DNA from: Candidatus Eiseniibacteriota bacterium | Lineage (GTDB): Bacteria > Eisenbacteria > RBG-16-71-46 | Length of the DNA stretch: 11,365 nucleotides | Direction of reading: 5' to 3' | NCBI GenBank assembly: GCA_031366795.1 | Contig: JANLOX010000247.1 | Location: 1-11,365, forward strand | Shown: positions 1-5,600 of the stretch, in pieces | Position numbering within the stretch: the first letter of the stretch is position 1 | How the letters are laid out: every line of letters starts with the position of its first letter | Notes under the pieces: generated by a model | The model's input: the letters and a program-made list of their open reading frames with translations, nothing else | The model's database searches: none | What the model was told of the DNA's origin: nothing | Made by a program: the position numbers and the translations under genes

Positions 1-1
1 G

Positions 2-187
2 CCGCTGCTGGCGCCCGCTTCGCTGCTGGTGGCTCTGCCGGTGTGGGCTGAGCACCTGTTGTCCGCGCGCCCGCAGCAACACACCCTCGTCTATCACTAC
101 AGCGCGCTGCTCCTGCCGGTGCTGGCGTGGTCCGCGATTGAGGGCGTGCGTCGTGTTCGCCGGCTCGGCGCGCGCCTATCCATTTGA
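2..187 (+). CDS. 3' end of a membrane protein, DUF2079-like (5'-truncated by window edge)
   Basis: Not in the ORF track. Frame 2 is open from the edge: PLLAPASLLVALPVWAEHLLSARPQQHTLVYHYSALLLPVLAWSAIEGVRRVRRLGARLSI*, TGA at 185-187. Hydrophobic segments with 'LLS..P.Q...Y.YSA...P.L...AI.G' resemble DUF2079 membrane proteins. Confidence 0.6.
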   Translation, partial: PLLAPASLLVALPVWAEHLLSARPQQHTLVYHYSALLLPVLAWSAIEGVRRVRRLGARLSI

Positions 188-263
188 GTTGGGGACCTTC
201 ACGGTCGGGCTGCCGTCACGTTGAGTCGCGCTTTCGCGCTCGCGCGAGTAACGTGAGCCCGCG

Positions 264-1502
264 ATGCAGATCGAACTCGCAGCCTTGGGCTTCCAGGCCC
301 TCATCACCCTGTTGCTGGCGATTGTCCACCTCGCCCTGTTCGCGCAGGGCCGGGCGCGCTATCACGGCGCGTGGGGATGCGCGTGGCTGTTCTACGCTGC
401 GCGGCTGGTAATGATCTCGGTGTTCCTCGTCACGCGCCACCCCGTGTGGTTGTTTGCGCACCAGGCCGCGACGGGCTTCACGGCGTTGTTCCTGTTGTGG
501 GGCGCGCTGTTGTTCTCCCGCAACATCGCCTGGCGCCGCGGCTACCTGTTGCTACCCGTTGCCGCACTCGCGTGGGCGTGGTTCAGCGTGATGGTCGTGC
601 ACAACATGGCGGTGGCCGGCATCTCGAGTGCAGTGCTCATGTCGGGCGTCTCGTTGTGGACCGGGCTCGTATATTGGCGCACCGCGCGCGAGCGGCACTC
701 ACCGGGGGCCAGGCTGCTGGCGTGGACGTTCTGGTTGTGGGGACTCCATCACCTGGACTATCCGCTGTTGCGCAGCCTGGGGGCATCGGTGGTTTACGGT
801 GTCTACGTGGACGTGGTGTTCATCGTGGTCGCAGCACTCGGTGCGCTCAGCATGGTGGCCGCCGACAGCCGCCGCGCCCTGGCGGAGCGCACCCTGCAGC
901 TCGAAGAGCTGACGCGGCTCGTGCTGCATGCGCAGGAGGAGGAGCGGCGCAAGCTCGCGCGCGAACTTCACGACGAGGCGGGGCAGGCGCTGACGGTGGT
1001 GAAGATCGAGCTCGATCTCGAAGGGCGGAGCGAATTGAGCGCCCTGGTCGGGCGGGTGCTCGACCAGATTCGCAATGTGAGCAAGATGCTGCGACCCTCG
1101 GTTCTCGATGATCTTGGGTTGGAGCCCGCGCTCGTGGCCCTCACACAGGAATTTGGGCGCCGCACGGGGATCCACGTCGATTGCGAACTCGAGCTGGCGG
1201 GATCAACCGTGCCGGAGGATGTCCAGGTGGCGATCTACCGTATCGTTCAGGAAGCGCTGACCAACGTTGCGCGCCATTCGGGTGCCAAGCGAGTGCTGGT
1301 CAAGGCCGCCCGCCTGGCCACCGCAATCGAACTGGCGATCGAGGATAATGGCCGCGGCTCCGCGCCCTCACCCACACCGCACATGGGCCTGCTCGGCATG
1401 CGCGAGCGCGTGACGGAGCTCGGGGGCCGCTTCCGCGTGGTGACGCGGCCGCAGGAGGGATTCCGCATCGAAGCGACCCTGCCGCGGGAGACCAGCGCAT
1501 GA
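264..1502 (+). CDS. Sensor histidine kinase, HisKA_3 (NarX/UhpB/DesK class), with a multi-TM (about 7) intramembrane N-terminal sensor
   Basis: H-box ERRKLARELHDEAGQALT, LRPSVLDDLGL, N-box YRIVQEALTNVARHS, G1 IEDNGRG, G2 HMGLLGMRER. The first ~200 aa are consecutive hydrophobic helices. The stop overlaps the next start (ATGA 1499-1502). Confidence 0.95.
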   Translation: MQIELAALGFQALITLLLAIVHLALFAQGRARYHGAWGCAWLFYAARLVMISVFLVTRHPVWLFAHQAATGFTALFLLWGALLFSRNIAWRRGYLLLPVAALAWAWFSVMVVHNMAVAGISSAVLMSGVSLWTGLVYWRTARERHSPGARLLAWTFWLWGLHHLDYPLLRSLGASVVYGVYVDVVFIVVAALGALSMVAADSRRALAERTLQLEELTRLVLHAQEEERRKLARELHDEAGQALTVVKIELDLEGRSELSALVGRVLDQIRNVSKMLRPSVLDDLGLEPALVALTQEFGRRTGIHVDCELELAGSTVPEDVQVAIYRIVQEALTNVARHSGAKRVLVKAARLATAIELAIEDNGRGSAPSPTPHMGLLGMRERVTELGGRFRVVTRPQEGFRIEATLPRETSA

Positions 1503-2149
1503 ACGCGAATCCCATTCGTATCGTGCTGGTCGATGACCAGGAACTGGTGCGCGCCGGCGTGCGCAAGGTGCTCGAAGGCGAACCCGGCATGGTGGTCGTC
1601 GGCGAGGCGGGCGATGGCAACGCGTTGATGAAACTGCTGCGCGAGGTCGAAGCCGACATCATCGTGCTCGACCTCAACATGCCGGGCCGCGACGGGTTTG
1701 AAGCGCTGCGCGACCTGAACATGGCCGACATCGCCGTGAAGGTGCTGGTGCTGAGCCTTCACGACGACTCGCAATATGTGGCGCGCGCCGTGCGCGATGG
1801 CGCGCACGGTTACCTGCTCAAGGATTCCGCCGTGCAGGAACTGCCGCTCGCCGTGCGCACCGTCATGCAGGGCCAGCCGTTCTACAGCCCGCGCGCCCAG
1901 GCCGCCTTGAGCGAAGCATTGCGCAATGGCCAGCGGCTCGATCCCGTCGATCTGCTGTCGCCGCGCGAACAGGAAGTGCTCAAGCGCGTCGCCGGTGGCC
2001 TGTCGTCCAAGGAGATCGGGGCGACGCTCAATATCAGCCCGCGCACCGTGGAGACCCACCGCGCCAGTCTGATGCGCAAACTCGACCTGCACTCGGTCGC
2101 CGAGTTGACGCGATTCGCGATCGAGAAGGGGCTGGTGCGGGGCGCGTAG
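1499..2149 (+). CDS. Response regulator, NarL/FixJ family (REC + LuxR-type HTH)
   Basis: Receiver motifs LVDD, VLDLNMP (phospho-Asp), VLSLH and YLLKDS. HTH LSPREQEVLKRVAGGLSSKEIGATLNISPRTVETHRASLMRKL. Translationally coupled to the kinase. Confidence 0.97.
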   Translation: MNANPIRIVLVDDQELVRAGVRKVLEGEPGMVVVGEAGDGNALMKLLREVEADIIVLDLNMPGRDGFEALRDLNMADIAVKVLVLSLHDDSQYVARAVRDGAHGYLLKDSAVQELPLAVRTVMQGQPFYSPRAQAALSEALRNGQRLDPVDLLSPREQEVLKRVAGGLSSKEIGATLNISPRTVETHRASLMRKLDLHSVAELTRFAIEKGLVRGA

Positions 2150-2175
2150 GTTAAGCCGGACTATTGGAGTCTGGG

Positions 2176-2751
2176 CTACGCCGCGCGCCCCGTTGCCTTC
2201 CACAGCGCACCGGTCAGCCGGAGGCGTAACGGAAGCTGTCGGTGTTCCCGCTCCGCGATCGACAGCGCGGTCTTGCTGAATTCAGCGGCGAAGGTACGAA
2301 GCGCCTTGATATGCACCGCGGCCAGATAGTTGCGTTTGGGATCAGCGAGATGCTGGTTGAATGCCTCCAGAATGGCGAGGCGAAACCACATTTCCTCGGC
2401 TTCGCTAATTCTTGGATCGAGTTGCGATTCGCGCTCCGCGACCGTTTCGCGACGTTTGCGAAGCGTCTTGGCCAGAGCAGCCTGGCTCAAGTCGCAGGCG
2501 CCACGCAGGTACTTCATCTGCTGCCCTGTCAGCCGTTGTTGGGTGGTCAGCAGCGCCAACGCGATGAGCTGGAGTACCTGCCATTCGCCAGGCACGGCAA
2601 TGCTTCGCTCCTCGCAGTGCGCACAATGGGTTTCGATGACGCCGCCACACAAGACCACCTCGGTCAGCCCGCATTCCCGATAGCGGTATTCGGGAATCAC
2701 CCGCTGCTTGGCGGTACGCCGTCCACAACTCGGGCAAATAAGAGAACTCAC
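2176..2751 (-). CDS. Putative type II antitoxin, MqsA/YgiT-type Zn finger + XRE-like HTH
   Basis: CPSC...YRYRECGL..V.L.G....CAHC zinc ribbon, then LTGQQMKYLRGACDLSQAALAKTLRKRRETVAERE HTH. The GTG start overlaps the TGA of the upstream gene (GTGA, 2748-2751). Confidence 0.85.
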   Translation of the reverse strand: MSSLICPSCGRRTAKQRVIPEYRYRECGLTEVVLCGGVIETHCAHCEERSIAVPGEWQVLQLIALALLTTQQRLTGQQMKYLRGACDLSQAALAKTLRKRRETVAERESQLDPRISEAEEMWFRLAILEAFNQHLADPKRNYLAAVHIKALRTFAAEFSKTALSIAEREHRQLPLRLRLTGALWKATGRAA

Positions 2752-3071
2752 TCAGTACTCCCCATGAACCAGGCCTGCGTGCCCAAGCGCATGACCGTGA
2801 TGAGCACACACGGGCCGGCGGGGCGCAATCCAACAATGATTCGGGATTGCCTGCCGGCGGTGCACGTCCCAAGCAATGAGACCCGGTAGTTGAGCCGTTT
2901 CGAATCCCATTCGGGCGCAGACTCCATGAGGTGCGAGCGCAGTATCGCGACAATGTCATGCATGGTGAATTTGCGCTCGAACATCCGCTGTCTTGCGTGG
3001 GTAGCCCGCTGCAGGGGCACGTCGCCACGTACGATTTGAACGATTCGTGCCGCCGCTCCGGCGCGGATCAT
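2748..3071 (-). CDS. DUF4258-like putative toxin (RelE-like fold), 107 aa
   Basis: THARQRMFERKFTMHDIVAIL and C-terminal VLITVM match the DUF4258 pattern, directly upstream of an MqsA-like gene. ATG at 3071 is preferred over the track's 3161 because a promoter lies at 3091-3119. Confidence 0.8.
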   Translation of the reverse strand: MIRAGAAARIVQIVRGDVPLQRATHARQRMFERKFTMHDIVAILRSHLMESAPEWDSKRLNYRVSLLGTCTAGRQSRIIVGLRPAGPCVLITVMRLGTQAWFMGSTE

Positions 3072-3090
3072 CGCTGAGCCCCGCAGTTCA

Positions 3091-3119
3091 AGCGTAAGAC
3101 TTGTACGCTCAACGTACAA
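3091..3119 (-). promoter_or_regulatory. Sigma70-type promoter with overlapping palindromic operator for the TA operon
   Basis: Minus strand TTGTAC (3119-3114)-N17-TACGCT (3096-3091). A perfect inverted repeat TTGTACG-N5-CGTACAA at 3101-3119 covers the -35 and spacer. Confidence 0.7.
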
Positions 3120-3230
3120 TTCAATTATCGCCCTTCGGCCGGGGGGTGGCTTGAAGCCCACCTGAGCAAGGCAATCCGCGCGCCTGCCTCCTGCGCGGGG
3201 TTCCTTCCCCCAATTTCGTCACATCCGGGA

Positions 3231-3255
3231 GGCCGCTCCGTAGTTCTACGCGGCC
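3231..3255. promoter_or_regulatory. Inverted repeat upstream of the TBDR (candidate regulator site or hairpin)
   Basis: GGCCG-CTC-CGTAG-TT-CTACG-CGGCC. The core palindrome CGTAG-TT-CTACG is at 3239-3250, about 60 bp before the TBDR start. Confidence 0.4.
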
Positions 3256-3311
3256 ATTTCGCGGAGTGTCACCAATGTTCCCAAGTGGCTTTGCTGCCGT
3301 ACCTTGCCAGC

Positions 3312-5600
3312 ATGAAGAGAACTCTTCTTTGCGTGCGGACCGCGATGGTTTTCGCGGGATTGTGCAGCGGGGCCGCGTGGTCGCGCGCAGCTGTCGCGCC
3401 GGTTGCCACGGCGGACACCGTCGTGGTCGCCACGCGCGACACGATGATGGTCGTCGCCTCCTCCGATTCCATTGCGCCGCCGCGCGGCACGCTTGGCTCG
3501 CAGGATCACCCGATCGTGCTGCCGGAGCTCGATGCGCCCGCCGCGCCGCGCACGGGCGAACACACGCTGGGTGCGCGCGGTGTCGAGGACACGGTCAGCG
3601 TCATCCGCGGCATCACCGTGCGGGGCGCGCAGCAGCCCGTCGACCTCCAGCGCACCGCGACGCAGACGCAGCTCAACCGCGGCGCCATCGCGCGCTTCCA
3701 GCCTGCGACGGCGGCGGACGCGCTGGTCAGCGTGCCGGGTGTCGAGTTGATCAAGACCGGCCCGTGGGCGACCAAGGTTTCGTTCCGCGGTTTCGACGGC
3801 GAGCGGGTGCTGGTGATGGTCGATGGCGTGCGGCTTAACACGGGGCGCGGGCACGGTTCGAACACTTCGCTGGTGTCGGTCGACCGTCTCGACCAGGTGG
3901 ATCTCACGGCCGGCTCGGGCGGTGCGCAGTATGGCTCCGATGCCGTGGGCGGCGTCGTCAACCTGATCACGCACCGCACGCTGTTCGCGGCCACACCCGC
4001 TTTGGCGTTGACGCTGGGCGCGCGCGGCAGCGTTCCGGGCGATGGCTTCGCGCAGAGCGGACGCTTCCGTTACTTGAGCCCCCATCTCGGCGCCGAGCTC
4101 AATCTCGGGGGCGCGCGCCTCAACCAACTGGTGACGCCCGCGGGCCCTTTGGCGAACAGCGGCAGCCATGACGACGACTTCGGCGCTCGGGTAGCCATGG
4201 AATGGGGCGGCGCCGATCTCGATCTCGAGCACACGCGGCATGCGGCGCACGATGTGGGGCTGCCCGCGCTCAACGGCAGCTTCCCCGAGATCTCGCGCGA
4301 GGCGACGCGCGCGGAGCTGAAGCGCCCGTTCGTGGCGCTGCCGTGGAGTCGGGACATCTCGGGTGAAGCGCGATTGCTCGCGGTCGATCAACTCTACCGC
4401 ACCGCGCTCGAGCAGCGCTCGGTCACCGACCGCATCGTCAATCGCCGCGTAGTGGGCCGCAACCTGGCGCTCGACGAAGACCTGATCCGCACGCGTTCGC
4501 AGGGGATCCAGCCCGAGCTGCGCTTCGGCAACGACGGCGCCCTGCGGCTGGGCGCGGAACTGCGGCGCGAGACGACGAGCGGGCCCAAGACGACGACGGT
4601 CACCACGGTGACGACCGCCGGCGTGCCGACGGACACGACCGTGACGCCCGGCGAGAGCGTGCCGCACGCGACGCGCGACGTGGTGGGCGGCTCGATCTCC
4701 TCGCGCGTTCAGTTGCAGCGTGTGCGCATCGAAACCGGCGCGCGGTACGACTGGCTGCGTTCGCGCGCGGACTCGACGGCGTCGAGTTGGTCGCCGCCGC
4801 TCAACGTCATCGACCGCCGCTGGAGCCTCGACGGCGGACTCGCGGTGCGCGCCGGGGCGTTCGAGCCCTACGGACGCATCGCCAGTGGCTTCCGCGCGCC
4901 GAACCTCGAGGACCGCTACTTCCGTGGGCCGGCGCACGGCAGTCTCTACCTGTTCGGCAATCCCGCGCTGGTCGCCGAACGCAGCATCACCTACGAGGCC
5001 GGCGTCCGCGCTGATGCCGGGGAGTGGGGAACGCTGCGCATGTCGGCCTACCGCAACTATGCCGAGAACTTCATCGACTTGAAGCCGCTCGGGCTCGTCG
5101 GCGGAGTCATGCGCTTCCAGTACGCGAATCTCAAGCGCGTCCAGATCGATGGCATCGAGTTGACCGGGAATGCGCGCATTCAGCGCATCAACGCGACCGC
5201 TTCGCTGACGCTACCGCGTGGGCGCGATCTCGCTGACGGTACCCTCATCACGGAAGTCGGCGCGGCGCACGCCACGATGGACGTGTCGGTGCCGGTCTCG
5301 CATTGGATTCCGGCGGGAATCGTATCGTTGCAGGCGCGCTGGAGCGATGGCCTGCAGACGGACCCACTCAAGAACGTGCAGTACGGAGCGATCTCGAATC
5401 CCGCGTTCTGGACCGGCAGCGCCGAGTTGGGCGCCACGGTCCACGCCACGCGCCTCGCGTTTTCCGTGCGCAACATTCTCGACCATCGCTATCGCGAACC
5501 GCTCAGTTTCATCGATGAAGCGGGGCGCACCTTTTCGTTCGCGCTGAAGCGCGACTTCGCCCTTCCGCTGAGCCTGTCGCATAAGGAGCTCTCGCAATGA
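3312..5600 (+). CDS. TonB-dependent outer-membrane receptor, haem/haemoglobin-receptor-like
   Basis: Signal peptide from ATG 3312 (MKRTLL...AAWSRA). Plug VPGV...SFRGFDGERVLVMVDGVRL...YGSDAVGGVVNLIT. Barrel motifs GARYD, GFRAPNL, GNPALVAERS, NILDHRY, GRTF. His in the plug (GRGH) and His between FRAP and NPAL. Confidence 0.93.
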   Translation: MKRTLLCVRTAMVFAGLCSGAAWSRAAVAPVATADTVVVATRDTMMVVASSDSIAPPRGTLGSQDHPIVLPELDAPAAPRTGEHTLGARGVEDTVSVIRGITVRGAQQPVDLQRTATQTQLNRGAIARFQPATAADALVSVPGVELIKTGPWATKVSFRGFDGERVLVMVDGVRLNTGRGHGSNTSLVSVDRLDQVDLTAGSGGAQYGSDAVGGVVNLITHRTLFAATPALALTLGARGSVPGDGFAQSGRFRYLSPHLGAELNLGGARLNQLVTPAGPLANSGSHDDDFGARVAMEWGGADLDLEHTRHAAHDVGLPALNGSFPEISREATRAELKRPFVALPWSRDISGEARLLAVDQLYRTALEQRSVTDRIVNRRVVGRNLALDEDLIRTRSQGIQPELRFGNDGALRLGAELRRETTSGPKTTTVTTVTTAGVPTDTTVTPGESVPHATRDVVGGSISSRVQLQRVRIETGARYDWLRSRADSTASSWSPPLNVIDRRWSLDGGLAVRAGAFEPYGRIASGFRAPNLEDRYFRGPAHGSLYLFGNPALVAERSITYEAGVRADAGEWGTLRMSAYRNYAENFIDLKPLGLVGGVMRFQYANLKRVQIDGIELTGNARIQRINATASLTLPRGRDLADGTLITEVGAAHATMDVSVPVSHWIPAGIVSLQARWSDGLQTDPLKNVQYGAISNPAFWTGSAELGATVHATRLAFSVRNILDHRYREPLSFIDEAGRTFSFALKRDFALPLSLSHKELSQ
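5583..5588 (+). promoter_or_regulatory. Shine-Dalgarno for the 660-aa gene, inside the TBDR 3' end
   Basis: AAGGAG 8 nt before ATG 5597, with ATGA overlap at 5597-5600. Confidence 0.8.

Noticed and set aside
1247..2203. 318-aa minus-strand ORF and other alternative-frame ORFs (e.g. 371-1111, 5489-6274, 6485-7156, 7961-8698)
   Set aside because: They overlap well-supported genes and lack recognisable domains.
3111..3129. Fur box upstream of the TBDR
   Set aside because: Only one GATAAT half-site (minus strand 3129-3124), about 180 bp from the TBDR start and better explained as part of the TA promoter region.
2150..3260. IS or target-site duplication around the TA pair
   Set aside because: Only a short CTACGC match (2176 and 3246), expected by chance. 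No transposase or terminal inverted repeats.
3246..4937. 563-aa minus-strand ORF
   Set aside because: Antisense shadow of the TBDR. Arg/Ala-rich with no motifs, as expected in high-GC DNA.
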